A stretch of 60,824 bases of DNA, taken from NCBI GenBank assembly GCA_034678405.1, contig JAXDBW010000066.1:1-60824 (forward strand), in the 5' to 3' direction. The DNA comes from Patescibacteria group bacterium (GTDB lineage Bacteria > Patescibacteriota > Patescibacteriia > UBA10025 > JAHIVO01). How positions within the stretch are numbered: the first letter of the stretch is position 1; the number at the start of each line of letters is the position of its first letter. The notes below the pieces were generated by a model. It was not told where the DNA came from and made no database searches. It saw nothing but the letters and a program-made list of their open reading frames with translations. The position numbers and the translations under genes were made by a program. Shown here piece by piece: positions 22,501-31,600 of the stretch.

Positions 22501-22503
22501 CAT
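10579..22503 (-). CDS. Giant (~3974 aa) multidomain surface/pilus-associated adhesin
   Basis: N-terminal TM, WapA/RHS-type N-terminal region, FN3-like repeats, GWAWS repeats, beta-propellers, Cys-rich modules, beta-helix-like C-terminus. Start set at MIRRQIP (ATGA overlap with upstream stop). Confidence 0.85.
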   Translation of the reverse strand: MIRRQIPITYWTIRSLFVLATAGVLGAGLLLITYSTLGPDHPHSVAPTPVDPETVYDTAMRIRGKNYTDVSNDDGTRTRRYYPVPIEYLTDDGEYVPIDTTVVSAAAGDGAYENTANTTEVAFHPVTDAAPVITFNAPETETYLEFPELPMTEDEAGNQVLDLSSLEGEDDSASAFAPVEKTRIVDRSVTFSIAGAAGVTPVPDGSTLTYPALLEGMDVRYTVVTDGLVEEIIAEEMPTETTYTQTLTLDNIYYKLHDDGSITFHDTDTKHIVFTAPRPVMYELESGKQNFGIHYELEVGTDDSLILHKVIDETGQAWLAEAAYPVAIDNTFYGIHWSNELHGEIEIDNPSASSSDPPTFGFNTSKFAVNQGRRFIGTSYYDTSIFGYTKDEQRYYMSFTTGSPTNVTVTQDQIIGATLNLYLYKTATLSTAERDLTSGTLNIYGELYNQQPMWTDVNDDLAANWYRMDTAELIGSLPYATSLSTLPPSNTETCAGAGAAQCKRTVVVPANYINGYTPFASTEQTQFILDLVDENVRAGAYYIGVVAWPIIGGGYEGTPPWPYLEVHYLPAPTIQVLEPRFSEDYNQLRVEITDTTIGEESFVLQRSPDGTSSWTNVCTARSGLTGSCGGVNGTYDCSANSKAGTGGTCVVTNTGLTADTPYWYRAQAYQSDVPSGYSPYSNIDTDWTHAQFVDTVLTLDSPAWNRLRVVGNGNTSAWAATHNNPSYTKYAFGIVGPFVNGVGYIRKFAGQYHSGGDPYMDLIDPCSSSPYPRACHTYTLGEWLLNFGFGISMSGSVTLQGTEPQGVWPGREHIFCEYAADTPTGYLHEPSIITTQCTYTYNRNRLPSGPTVAASTGNSVTLKMDITPFNSRSVSTDSKYTNPVHTMYAMAICDDPEGNAVCDNGSTWQYLRPNSATDRYATPQWYRYPITYSPRWQNGSPDQGWTYTGLSPATCYVTMAQSQNPDGSVGDGYATMSNVVQFCTPLFPPDSPDLVCGYDTEEGANADGVSDGYYCDLTIKDTQNPSPPYYYKVEYSTDNFSTVSALPTGYTPHTNTVIHNSTDPWILHAPNTTIRFRINSCSNSSRYFRVYAALNAGGTAASPSSPVKSDTLPPCQPSAPVATLIGTTNILWNITNGTAAQPVTDNDAYDTIFAQRYNNIGTLKFGWNQTNLIPNTHHVLQSRSCDSGNANNGFAERCGQWSSNSGDVWTYALLPNLGVDCNYVYGATAAADDYYCDVTILDTNPSNPIGPPPDYLGKTKYRLSYCVGTCDETSTWTNVDLNDKLSLQSAGEFFYLKNWATGDTVVHFEDDDDAHVACSATNTRQNYRIEVRNEENKSGPGTFTYWTATLPPCEPQSLNNTDSVQTTDRVYWTWSAPVNGAQVAGPLTYQGNRSGCSSNQSFSTGSTGLDQYRSAGYTPNTRCNITVAARDANGKVGRAIDAKNFLEGGYAMAHLDIETVTGVDVTVDGTNQISIAARSSEGTFSNTGVAGSGIRFFETTGHPNSATENGFTGYRSDTTETDAGLSPNFNYCYQAQSRNGNQDYSGGRMPAAPGECRYTFAAIPAAPIIVRAEDGTSASVAIRDVDDNPKGGGDPDTQYAVCVTKYDGSGGVEYRHYVRYDGSIDLSSACVDNTGAMDTSGYWGTYTNWGQNNGVTVALDPSRKYDFEIKARNGDAATNSPSLGPTDNAGCIAGQTCIGTGFGPKASLFLVRNNIVGWAWSSNLGWISTNCLNLYTLTGYGFSCGVGQDWGVNTFFEETRDINPINGYAWASSGRTIPQERWSSITQLNANVPAQTNFHYSADSNVLIDAFNHEHRVWAESWPASGQTKDIFYQRWDGREWVTAGGALGADNVSQTAADSIEPTLAFDTNGNPHITWIENGEVWHLRWNPQANNGFGAWTSLSGAIYEPGVTDVLATQINISGTVGSGAGDNSPSLAIDVSDEPHLAFKHDIGGGVYEVYYTEWNGANWVRPDNGLGFDDISLTTSGDPAPSLALEQGTGYPHIVWAGSGNVIVYRYWDGAGWTAEQTIQSDATNSPASPVIIMDSSNQPHVAFGEADGARYEWLDVYNACGLGASTWVTADCQLAQNSNANFNVNIGQTRYGITMRLDANAHPHVAGLLRGAPDSDQVINYRFWDPAANGGTGAWVTVSGDTGGSALEVSRQFGDDIRGVALAVEGNGDPHLVWGLQEADGTWNVYARYWDSGYGQSGAGWISFNTNVCANDTQRGCADNFDCNGAACIESAGSPPQTTDWTVQWGQVYPDMNSDVIDFAFDDVTVGGPYIWALVSGDADLLLQIDPDDFSVINTVDMAAVGASGLSAIIMAQNSLWLTATTTVAPLAADTPGVIFEINPATRAVDQTIIMDTCQDNIDRIDPTKYCDPVDIGYDPVSGDLWTANRENFDTDGDPDTHGNGYLEGSFSRFDAATGVELNCADATPGTTECQASHGNPASMDYDATTQSMWVGYESFYLSKLNPTNGSETVIDIDPYAYPLYGHVRIGALLYFPVTSYTTHGLGEFGTGGIMIVNPDTASIVDVVETGFSMYPQGISYDGRYIWLTDWGQAATCTNDRTIYCAGIHPTGQCSNDGTIDCNYDYQCGAGNICEQTACAAVGGGCTNPEARVFQYEASSLSLVDSYQVFPTSWHRSYDIISVDNTTYVSSRGYNGFAKLYLDTAEGNGFGYCFDQAGQNGQRYGECSDTGASCIEDADCNSGEHCIYFTCAHDSDCPNYVPTGADEQCKAIATASFSGITREVTGWARVLSLKEAGEALGFNDWGWIRLGGPYDDRQSQSGTYTLSGTEIDSQQFLGDPDVNPSDVQLYTLFGWGWQGALIPSARNNSLWLPHLQLSATGQAGADSTDQYHGSPSIVTDSIGDPHIAWTEYNETNSSYDIYYARMKRGAWESADGSAFVSGSTDPIATQVDVSNIDGVDALWPSLALTDSDIPYLAWQQGGTDIDTGEVYFSRWDNVTATWTTPTKVDDGGTPDLELDSNNNPHVTYRHGPANNSAIQYRWLNAGTWTDVNGGPDDVLEISARGGGIAHLFPKLELDGADIPHVVWVDGTQVYYEYWNGVAWSTADGTPGSLSVSAGIGGLLGIPENPQDPDLALYRDGRPGIVWRDPGYILYRQWDGVDWVTVSGDIDETNLWVNIHNDLNGELQRFADTGEAPQVVMDRDDQPHIVWGDDTTTTGDGDIYYRHWSRESDGGQGAWVTASGGYTLDPARNHIDDAHLAVAETPAGYSSSPSLALDQFSNPQVAWNEREYSGTVCSIDADCPSAYPRCFDSQAAPGTKYCVASNILYTKFTSGHTPTGIGWIEFIPAGALLGIPFIQTQYGDIYGGNDVSLAPPPAGSNQYTGTYLILSNGTIQGIAGNYASSQTGAPTSSLIEPGLDPLVPNYGLPFGPNALSKIDVDALITVTNGQNRFGHTVDTFATGDVDAELAALPHPDILDGRVYYYNGDATIDQDITISRGDVTAGTTGNGLIIIDGDLTINADIYYEPTTASSPLQDITEMPSAAFIVRGNVYVNSLVHDLSGVFVAIDADPNDSIESGVISTSRVQPVTHVIAQAADDTTVGLDGSVSGATTAMRFGQTATTTYRTLMRWQLDIPPGAEIRSAYIRTHSTGALSGSDYEARIYALDDPASVDFSNASAYNAGIGSSIVYDTQGWNSESVHTSPDIHSLVQRVVSDDQYASGDYFGVMLHEGNASPDDYKTLDAATAPTGSPAELVVEYSPRRTVYTVTDTADDVEAWGENAGDWAANPAADCLNVGWTSGSPYRSFFRFVPTAGYTEIPDNAEIIGAYLRLYASDCNADAGTFQLRQGLLDEVNISAGFGGVNPYTSIMSQSVAEVAEDIPAGAPINGALQQLTDSARLVQAWVNNSGYAPGHSIGIRLRRGGNETFAAAGQSRAYQQLNAEYHIDYQVPLHVSGLFIASGYNFDRKYTLNLEGAEQIMYDGRVVANTPPGLADFTKALPIYQRVTP

Positions 22504-24875
22504 AAGCCGCGACAAATAATGCTCTCTATCTGGCTGGTGTCGCCGATGACCACTCCTTTGACAAAGGTACCGTCGGTGGCACACTGCGCCGAACCACCGG
22601 TGACCGTGACCGTTTCATCACTGCCTGCCCACTGATTCTCAGGACTGCTGACATCATCACCGACCATGACATTTCCCCCGCGACAGCTGCCGCCAGGTAG
22701 GTCAGAACACGTCGCATCGGACGTACAGGGCCGATTGTAGTACGTCTGTCCGCCGGCCTGGCAGTAGCCGTGGCGCACTTCCACCGAACCGCTGAGATGC
22801 GTATGACCTATCTGGACTGTATTGCCCGTGGAACATACTTCCGTGCCGGGACAGTGCCAATCATAGAGGCACTGCTGGCTCGTCGTCACCGAACACGTAC
22901 CCGGGTTTGCCTTCAGCTGCACTACCGTCCCATAGTCCGGCTGGGTCCTCCCTTGGTTGACTCGTACTTTACTGAGGCGGAGTGGGCGATTGCTGCCATC
23001 AGCGCAGACACCCGCATCGGTACAGCCCGCCAGTACCCAGAGATACTGCCCGTCAAAGAGACTCGCGTTGGCTGCTGAATTTGTCTGCAGACCTGAAACC
23101 TGGATCGTCATCGTATCCGTCGCTGCATTAATCCGAAGGGCCCGACTCTCTCCGACGATCCACACGTAGGTACCATCAAATGTGAGTGCCCTCGGCTGAT
23201 CCGGAAGATCCATCGGATAACCAGGCATGATCAGGCCATCTGACATGCGCACTTTGCTGATTTGAATCTGACCCGTAATGGTCGGGTCAGACACGACCCA
23301 GAGGTAGACTCCGTCAGAGAGTGCTCGTGCGACATGGGGAAATCCAGCAGCATATCTATTTCGTACCGCACCAGTTGCCGGATCAATCTCGACTATGTTC
23401 TGTGGGTTTTGGATACAGATGAAACCAGCTCCGCATGACACATCGGCCCGGCAAACCGAGGCCGTCGTGGGTGCGCCGTCGCTGCATACGCTGGGTGTCA
23501 GCGCCCAGATCGAGTCGCTGGTGCTCAGCAGATCCACCGGCTGCAACAGATAGCCGGCATCATTGAGCCGGTTTTCATATTCTCCCGCTCCGCTCGTGCC
23601 CAGCGGGTACACCCCGACCTGGGTACAGTTTTGGTCAAATTTCGTCAGATCGCCGCCCCCGACATTCGCTGTCCAGATATATACTTGTCCGCGCTCAGTA
23701 CTGATACTCACCCGGGAGGGTATCTCCCCCCAGCCTGACCCGACCGGTCGATCCTCCGGTACGGTCGAGCAGCGCGCGATGACCCGGCCTGCCTCGGGAT
23801 CAAACTTCATAACGCTCGTATCCCCGGAACCCGAACTGACAAACCACAGGAAGCGACCGTCAAAGGCGATGTCGCGGATAGTCGGATCAATGCCCGATAC
23901 GTGATACCCCCCTACGACCTCACCATCAGCGGTCCGGATTTGGTACAGGTTATTGCCCGCCTGATCATCACTCTGGTTCATAACCCAGAGATAGGTGCCA
24001 TCGAATGTCATCCGTGGTATATATCCAGAGCCGGCTGATCCATCAGAAATCCGTGCGTTACTGAGCACGGCCGGAACTGCGAAATTACTACGCGATGCGG
24101 GGATGTATGTCTGGAGGAATCGCTCGGCAATAATATCTCCATTGACACCGAGTCGCCCCTGAAAATAAGCCGCCCAGCCATTATTTGTATTGCGCGCGTA
24201 GACAGCGGCGTTGACTGAGGACTGATTGGTCGCATAGATGCCGGTTCCGGTTTCGCTCTCGCCGCGCACACCAACCTGGCTGGCCGACTCACCGCGGACG
24301 GCCCAGCCACCCGTACCCGCATACAGGCCATAGACACCGGCCAATCCAGTCGCACCGCTATCAGCATAGATGCCCGTGCTATCAGCACTCGTCGCCCGGA
24401 CTGCCCGGCCGCTGACCGGCGCGGCCAGATCACCAGCCCGCAGCGTCCCCTCATCCACGACCAGCTGGTATCCTGCGGTGGGAGTCGCAGTTCCGACACC
24501 GACCCAGTCGTCAGCAGAGGATACATAGAGCGTATCCGTATCGACCAGCAGCTGATCGATATACATGGCTGGCGTGCTGACTTGGAGACCAGTGCCACGA
24601 ACGTCGAGCGGGCGCTGGGGATCGAAACTCAGGGACGTTTCTTCATTTGGATTGTATTCCGGATCGAGCTGCAGGTACCCCGATTTAGCCTGATTCTCAC
24701 CGCCGATGGTCAGCGGTACGGGAAATGCCTGTTGCGGGGGTGGCAACTGCGGCTCATTCCACTCAGCCGAGGCTATGCGTGCACCCATGGCACAGACGAC
24801 AGCAATAATCACGATGACAAATGCAACTCGTGAATAGATAAGGGAAGATAATTTTTTTATTTCGTGTTTATGCAT
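22500..24875 (-). CDS. Secreted beta-propeller/fibre-like protein, paralog 3
   Basis: Signal peptide, WNEPQLPPP...QAKSGYL motif, FDGxYLW repeats, Cys-rich modules, ends CRGL. Confidence 0.82.
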   Translation of the reverse strand: MHKHEIKKLSSLIYSRVAFVIVIIAVVCAMGARIASAEWNEPQLPPPQQAFPVPLTIGGENQAKSGYLQLDPEYNPNEETSLSFDPQRPLDVRGTGLQVSTPAMYIDQLLVDTDTLYVSSADDWVGVGTATPTAGYQLVVDEGTLRAGDLAAPVSGRAVRATSADSTGIYADSGATGLAGVYGLYAGTGGWAVRGESASQVGVRGESETGTGIYATNQSSVNAAVYARNTNNGWAAYFQGRLGVNGDIIAERFLQTYIPASRSNFAVPAVLSNARISDGSAGSGYIPRMTFDGTYLWVMNQSDDQAGNNLYQIRTADGEVVGGYHVSGIDPTIRDIAFDGRFLWFVSSGSGDTSVMKFDPEAGRVIARCSTVPEDRPVGSGWGEIPSRVSISTERGQVYIWTANVGGGDLTKFDQNCTQVGVYPLGTSGAGEYENRLNDAGYLLQPVDLLSTSDSIWALTPSVCSDGAPTTASVCRADVSCGAGFICIQNPQNIVEIDPATGAVRNRYAAGFPHVARALSDGVYLWVVSDPTITGQIQISKVRMSDGLIMPGYPMDLPDQPRALTFDGTYVWIVGESRALRINAATDTMTIQVSGLQTNSAANASLFDGQYLWVLAGCTDAGVCADGSNRPLRLSKVRVNQGRTQPDYGTVVQLKANPGTCSVTTSQQCLYDWHCPGTEVCSTGNTVQIGHTHLSGSVEVRHGYCQAGGQTYYNRPCTSDATCSDLPGGSCRGGNVMVGDDVSSPENQWAGSDETVTVTGGSAQCATDGTFVKGVVIGDTSQIESIICRGL

Positions 24876-24880
24876 ACTAT

Positions 24881-27800
24881 TTATAATGGTCGGCAATATA
24901 CCATCCCAGTAGCGCTATCAACACCCTTAGCAAATTCTCCATCAGGACACGACTCCTCGTAACTGACGACGCTGTCCGCATTTCCTCCCCAGACGTTCTG
25001 ATGCACGATGAGGTCATCTCCGATGATCAGCTGCCGTCCGACAGATGCGTCCCCGTAGGTAGCGACACTCCCCGACTGCGTCCTGCCCGGAATCGTCGAT
25101 TGCAGTCCGAGCACCCCCTCATAATCGGTCGTGCCCTGTCCTGTCCCGGCATAGTATTGGTGCAATATATATGAATCACAATTATTCGTCGTCTGATTGA
25201 TCCAGATACTGGCGCCATCAAACGCCAGACTATTTGGATTGCAGTAGCCGGCATAGTATATGCTCTCGATAAATTGGCTCGTGCCGGCATTGATGCGGCT
25301 CAGGTGGCCGGCGCTCGGCCGTGCTTGCTCAGAAATATCGTTTGGCCCGCTGCACCAAGGATCGGGAGTCCCACTGCATCCAGGAGAACCGGCGGCACCA
25401 TCCCAGTCGCACCGACCATTACCGTCATTGTCGATTCCATCCGAACATTCTGCATCGGTCGATGTGCCAAATACCGCACTGCTCTGCTGCTCGTGCGTAT
25501 CCCAGTCATCCGCGCAGTCAGGATCGCTGCCGGCATCGGTCAGGCCGTCGCCATCATTATCAATCCCGTCATCACATTCGCGGGTGCCGGCCTCACGCTC
25601 CTGAACGGCCCAGATATGTGTCCCGTCATAAGTCAGCGCACTGACATGGCTGCCGCGTTCTGAGCACGAACCGCCGCCGGTGCACTGGGTATTGGTCGTA
25701 CATTCGAGACGATCCCGATCCCCACCAGAGCAGACGCCCGGCTCATTATATAGACTGATCGTATCTACGAGCTCTCCATCGGCGAGACGGAATTTGTACA
25801 GGCTATGTCCGTCAGCATCACGGTTGTCGGTCCCGATCCAGAGATACGTCCCGTCGGAGAGGATTGAGTTGAGATTATTAGTCGCATTGTACGCGTCAGC
25901 AATAGTATACGTGTCGAGGATCGCCCCGGTGTCACGGTCCAGGCGGGAAAAAGTATTCACCAACCCCCGGCGGGTTACCCAGATGTTAGTCCCGTCATAT
26001 GCCAGATAGTATGGGTTATCCGGCACACTATATTGGGCCACTGCAGTACATACGCCGGACGAGCAGGTGCGCGTATCAACCCGCCGGACGATGTTGTGAT
26101 TGTCATCACTGATCCAGAGATAGCGACCGTCATATATCATATCTGCCCCACTGGCCAGGCCGCCCGTTTGATAGTCATAATCGCCGATCAGCGTGCCATC
26201 GCGTGCATTGAGCTGGGCCAACTCGACGCCACTCCGTTCCTGGTGGGTCACCCACATGGAGCTGCCATCATAAGTAATATGCTCGGGCTGCCAATTTGCG
26301 TAATAATCACCGATCTTCGTCCCGTCGCTGGCGCGAAATTTGCTGACGGTATTGCCGGCACTGTTGGTAGACCAGACATTCGCCCCATCAAATGCCAGAT
26401 CCTCAGAATACGATCCTTTCGGAATGTAGGTGATCGTTTCATACGGCGCAGTCATGGTGCTACGGCTGACCAAACTTGAGGTCCCGTGCGCTCCCCAGAT
26501 GTACGGTGATGCTCCCGATGTCCGGTCGATGGTAAAATCACCTCCTCCATCTGGCAGTTCGTACTGGTTGATGATCGTACCGGCGGTATCGAGTTTGAAT
26601 AGCTGCCAGTAGTTCATCCCCCAGATAAACGGACCGCCGTCCGTCGCATCGTCATAGCGGATGCGCGTCACACCGGCGCCTGCCGCATAGTGCGTAAATG
26701 TCCCGGTCACCGGATCCAGCCGGGCGATGCCATCGCCGCCCTGGTGTTTAGTCCAGTGTGGATATTTACCTATCCAGATAGCATCATCACCATAGGTGAT
26801 CGACTGTGGTTGCTGGGACGGGCCGGGACAAAAGACCTGCTGATTTGTGGTATTGGTCGGATCATTACCATCGAACCGAGCAACCGCTTCTCCGAAATAC
26901 TGATACGGGCGGCTATCGATAAGACCACCAAATGAAACCCAGATAGTTGGATTGCTCGGTGCGGCCGCATTTGGCTGGATGGTTATGCCCGTTGGGCCAT
27001 TTGGTGTGCGCGGGGCAACCCGTTCGTCGGCGGCTGTCCAGGTGGCGCCGGCATTCGTACAGTCGGTGTAGTTTGTCAGGCCTGCGTTGCTGCAGGATCC
27101 CGACGTCATAGGATTGACTGCTTGGTTGTTGATGCACTCCGGATCTCCCAGCGCGGCATTCCATGTGCCACCATTGTCCTGACAACTACTTTGAGTATGA
27201 TAGGTCGGATCACTGCACACCCCTGCGTCAGTGAGGCCGTCGCCGTCATTGTCTAGGCCATCCTCACAGAGGCTCTGGTCATATGACAGACAGGACTGTC
27301 CGCTCGTGGGATTTAGTTTGAAATTGAGATACGAGCCGTCGGCTGGCCGAAGCCGGCTTATAGAGTAATCCCAATCGTTACCCGAGTCATTGACAGTCCA
27401 GATATACGGCCCACCGCTGGAATAATTATCATAGACGAGGGCAGCCGCTCCGTCATAGGCGCCACCGGCATGAGACCCAATCATGAAATGAGTAGCGGTA
27501 TGAGTGGGATCATTGAGATCCACGCGAGATACTCCTCGATTATCATCCCAATGGTTGGCTATCCAGACATACCCATTGGCCAGGATCATTTCTGATATGG
27601 AATGAGCGGCATTTCCGCCACTGTCGACGAGGCGGAATTCTTCGCTGATCGAACCGGTCTCAGGATCGAGTAAGTAAAAATACGGCTCAGAATCCCAGCT
27701 GGCACTGATGTGTGTCCAGAGCCAGGTACCATCATACAGGATGTGCTGCGGCTCAATGCGCTCACTGCCGATGATCTCGCGCATTTCCCATCCGATGGTA

Positions 27801-28606
27801 TAGGGATACTGTGACTGCTGCAGACGGTTGGGGACAAACGCACGGGCCAGCACCTCGTCACTACCGATGACTTGTTTGGTGAAATACCCCGCCCAGGCAC
27901 CGAGGCCCTCTGCCTGCGCATAAATTCCCGCTACCTTACTGACACCCGAATTCCGATCAAGTGCGGCTGCCGTGCTGCCGACGACGGCCGAACCGGAGAT
28001 GCTCTGAGCGCGGATACCGATACCACTCGTGTGCAGGCCATATACACCAATGCTACCCGCGCCGATACCGCGACCGAGGACAGAGGCGACGGTGTCAGCC
28101 TGCGTCTCTCCGAGGACGCCATAGCTCAGCTCACTACCGGACACCAGGGCCGAGCCGGAAACACCAGTCGCGTCGTCGCCGATCACAACCCCGCCCGCCA
28201 CCTCGAGGAGTGTATCGGGCGATGCGGTTCTGACACCGATCCGATGGTCATCACCACTGACATAGAGCGTATCGTTGTCCACTCCTAGGGTGCCATTTGG
28301 TGTGACTATGAAATCATTGATATAGGTATCGCGCGACCCTCGGACGGTCAGCTGATACTGAAAACTCGGCAATTCACCATATGGATTATAAAACGGGTCA
28401 AGCAGCAGACGGCCTTTTTTCGCCTGGTTGTCTGGACTCGTATTCAGCGGCGCAAACACATTGCCGGCGGGCGGCTGGGCGGCGGGAGGATTCCAAGCCG
28501 CGCTGACATCTCGTCCGATGAGCAGGACGGATATCACCCCGAGGAGTACGAGCGACCATATGACAGGTACAGTCCAGCGGTTTATTTTGTAGGTATGATG
28601 GGACAT
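24881..28606 (-). CDS. Secreted beta-propeller/fibre-like protein, paralog 2
   Basis: Signal peptide, WNPPAAQPPAGN...QAKKGRL motif, YDGxxxW repeats, CxDGxDNDGxG repeats, ends CRPL. Confidence 0.82.
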   Translation of the reverse strand: MSHHTYKINRWTVPVIWSLVLLGVISVLLIGRDVSAAWNPPAAQPPAGNVFAPLNTSPDNQAKKGRLLLDPFYNPYGELPSFQYQLTVRGSRDTYINDFIVTPNGTLGVDNDTLYVSGDDHRIGVRTASPDTLLEVAGGVVIGDDATGVSGSALVSGSELSYGVLGETQADTVASVLGRGIGAGSIGVYGLHTSGIGIRAQSISGSAVVGSTAAALDRNSGVSKVAGIYAQAEGLGAWAGYFTKQVIGSDEVLARAFVPNRLQQSQYPYTIGWEMREIIGSERIEPQHILYDGTWLWTHISASWDSEPYFYLLDPETGSISEEFRLVDSGGNAAHSISEMILANGYVWIANHWDDNRGVSRVDLNDPTHTATHFMIGSHAGGAYDGAAALVYDNYSSGGPYIWTVNDSGNDWDYSISRLRPADGSYLNFKLNPTSGQSCLSYDQSLCEDGLDNDGDGLTDAGVCSDPTYHTQSSCQDNGGTWNAALGDPECINNQAVNPMTSGSCSNAGLTNYTDCTNAGATWTAADERVAPRTPNGPTGITIQPNAAAPSNPTIWVSFGGLIDSRPYQYFGEAVARFDGNDPTNTTNQQVFCPGPSQQPQSITYGDDAIWIGKYPHWTKHQGGDGIARLDPVTGTFTHYAAGAGVTRIRYDDATDGGPFIWGMNYWQLFKLDTAGTIINQYELPDGGGDFTIDRTSGASPYIWGAHGTSSLVSRSTMTAPYETITYIPKGSYSEDLAFDGANVWSTNSAGNTVSKFRASDGTKIGDYYANWQPEHITYDGSSMWVTHQERSGVELAQLNARDGTLIGDYDYQTGGLASGADMIYDGRYLWISDDNHNIVRRVDTRTCSSGVCTAVAQYSVPDNPYYLAYDGTNIWVTRRGLVNTFSRLDRDTGAILDTYTIADAYNATNNLNSILSDGTYLWIGTDNRDADGHSLYKFRLADGELVDTISLYNEPGVCSGGDRDRLECTTNTQCTGGGSCSERGSHVSALTYDGTHIWAVQEREAGTRECDDGIDNDGDGLTDAGSDPDCADDWDTHEQQSSAVFGTSTDAECSDGIDNDGNGRCDWDGAAGSPGCSGTPDPWCSGPNDISEQARPSAGHLSRINAGTSQFIESIYYAGYCNPNSLAFDGASIWINQTTNNCDSYILHQYYAGTGQGTTDYEGVLGLQSTIPGRTQSGSVATYGDASVGRQLIIGDDLIVHQNVWGGNADSVVSYEESCPDGEFAKGVDSATGMVYCRPL

Positions 28607-28617
28607 AGTGTTGCGGG

Positions 28618-31600
28618 TCACAGTGAACGGCATTCTAGTTTCATGATCTCTCCAAGGAAATTTTTCTTAATGTCCATGAGGAAATTACCCTCGCTGCAGG
28701 TGTAGGTACCGGCCGGGAGAGGATCGTTGCGATAGACAGCGGCGGGCACCCCGGTGCCGACATAGTAGTATCCGTCCCCGGTGATGGCCATCGAGTTAAT
28801 GCTGCTAGTACCCGCTATTTCCTGCGTGAGCGTCCAGTCGGCGCCCCCCACCGATCGGTAAATCCTCCCGTGTGAGACGCCAGCAACAATTTCGTGCGTA
28901 CCGATGAAGAACACGTCATTGTACTCGATGATGGTATGCACATCTGAATCGGTAGTATCCACCGTATTGATATCTCCGACTTGGGTCCAAGTAAACCCAT
29001 CCCGCGAACGAAACACATATCCCTCGGGAGCAGTGCCCGTCCCCGAAGCGGCATCCGAACCGGTGATGGCGTAGAGATATCCGTCACTGGCCGCGTAGAG
29101 ATCATACACACTATGTACTCCCGGCACCGGTTGTATCTGCTGCCATGTCACCCCACCGTCGTTGCTCCGGCTCACGATATTATGCAGTTTTGACGCGGCA
29201 TAGATATACCCATCAAATACTTCGAGCGAGTCGATATCACCACCCGGTACATCGCTCGTCGTCGTCCATGTGGCGCCGCCGTTATTTGATTTATAGAGCG
29301 CACTCCGAGTGTAAATGCCGAGATAGATGTTCCAGTCGCCCCCCTCCTGATATTCTTCTATTTCATAGATCCATGCATTCGCAAAGGGCGCTGTGGTTGC
29401 TGTCCACCCCACACCGTCAGTGTAGTACGATGCGTATCCCTGGTCGTCGCCCGCACCAGGGGTCGATTCGTCCTGCGAGGTGACAGCCCAGACCGTACCA
29501 GTATGATCCTCGATCAGTTTCCAGACCCACATCAGCCCCGTCGCATTTCCGCCAGGAAGCCGGCCGGTATCTTCCCAGGTCTGCCCATTATCATTTGATC
29601 TGAAGACGTGACCATTGTATGTCACACCGGCATACATGTATCCGTCACTCGCGGCAAGCATGGTGTCGGTCCGTGAGCCAGCTTCGGGAAAGGCAGTCGT
29701 CTGACTCCACCCGTTACTGACGAAGAGGTCACGTTCATCACCCCAGACATTCTCCGGACTGTCTAGATCCCCGTCGATACGATACTGGTCGTCGACACGT
29801 GTATCACCGGTGCTGGCATAGCTACCCACCTGTCCCGTGAGGCTACCCGATGACTGGAGGAGGAGCCCATCGGCCAGCGACTGCTGGTCATATCCCATCC
29901 CGGTAAAATACGAGGTAATACCCGCAAATCCCGATATCCCTGTGCCACTGGTCCAGAGAAACGATCCGTCAGAAATGATCCCCTGCGGACTGAAGTTCAG
30001 AGAAATATCTTGGCGGACGGTGGGCGCCGCTGCCGTCAGCCTGGTGAGACTATCGGCCGTGGCATTGGCGGTCCAGATATGAGCGCCGTCAAACACGATA
30101 TCGGTCGGCTCGGTATCAGTCGCGTAATCTCCCTGGACCTGTGGCACCGCGAAACAGCCGCCGCTGCCGGCACAGTCTGCATCCGTGCTGCAGCTCACTG
30201 TCTGATCCTGTGAACATACTTTTGCATTTGTCAGAAAAAACGCGGTCACAGAATTTGATTCACTGTTTGCTACCCAATAATGAAAATTATCAAATACAAT
30301 ATCAGCCGGACTCGCCCCAGCGAGGTTCGTCCAGAGCACCGGCTCCTCGGTGGCGGGATTAATATTAACCACCGCGTTGTCTGCCGGTGACACTGCCCAG
30401 AGGTAGCTACCGTTGTACATGAGCGAATCAAGTGAGTCCGGCGCGCTCGTAATCGGGATACGACCCAGCTCAGTACAAGTGTTGCTGACATGCACGACGC
30501 TCCCGGTACCGCGTGCCGTCACCCAGTATGAACTCCCGTCAAATACAATAGACGATGGTGCATCGCCTGCCTCAAGCACCAAAGAACACGAGGTGGCGCC
30601 CGTGTAGGGATCTAGTTTGCGGATCAGATCATCTCCGGCGACGGTAACCCAGATTGCATTGCTATCAGAGATCACATCCGTCGGATCGGTTCCGACTGTC
30701 ACGGCAAAGGCGGTCAGTCCGTCTGCGGCACGAATTTTGTAGAGCTGGTCATCGCGAGTCGCCCAGAGGTAGGTGCCATCATGATACCGCACGACGAAAT
30801 CAGTCTGACCATAATCAAAAAAGTGATCAATCTCTCCGGTGCTCGCCGTAATACCGCTGATACTGCTGCCATACCAGCTCGGCACCCAGACGGTATCGAT
30901 GGTATCGTCATAGAGCACGTCCTGGTATGCTGCCGCGCCGTTGGTCGGATAATGGGCGATGGTAGCCGGATCGTCTGCGGGAAACATATCCAGCGATCCT
31001 GAGAGACCATTTGATGTTGCCACCCAGATGCGCGCGCCGTCATAGATGATGGCCTGTGGACCGAGTGTCCCCGAGTATACGCCGATCGGATCAGATACCG
31101 TACCCGCACCAATATCAATATAGTATGCTCCGTCATTGGCATTATTATTATCATCGCTGGCAATCCAGAGATACTGCCGATCTGAGTCGTACGCCAGGTC
31201 AACCGGACCAGGTACGTCGTATCGTGTGTATTCCGAACTCTCAATCGTCTGGTCACCATTTCCTGGGTCGGCAGCATCGATCTGGTACACGGCATCATTA
31301 TCATAGAGCGCAATCCAGATACTTCCAGTCGTCGTATCATAGGCGAGAGACCGCACCCCCTGCGCATAGGGCGGGTCAGGCGTTTCATCGTGGAGTATTT
31401 CGTAGCGCGCGACCGGCTCCCAGTGACGCGGATCAGTATCATAATCAGCGATACTGAATTTCAGCAATCGATCATGATAATCACGGCCAAAGCACACGCC
31501 ACCAGGCTGTAATACCCAGAGAATATCCGCATCCGTAGGATCCTGTATGAGGTACCCAAGCGGGCAAGTGTCATGCCCGTCTGTATCAACTACTTGTCGA

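Noticed and set aside
22504-22584. Longest-ORF starts given in the track (also 2265, 4232, 9211, 46836, 52942)
   Set aside because: Extensions overlap upstream genes or precede clear N-terminal motifs, so downstream ATGs were used.
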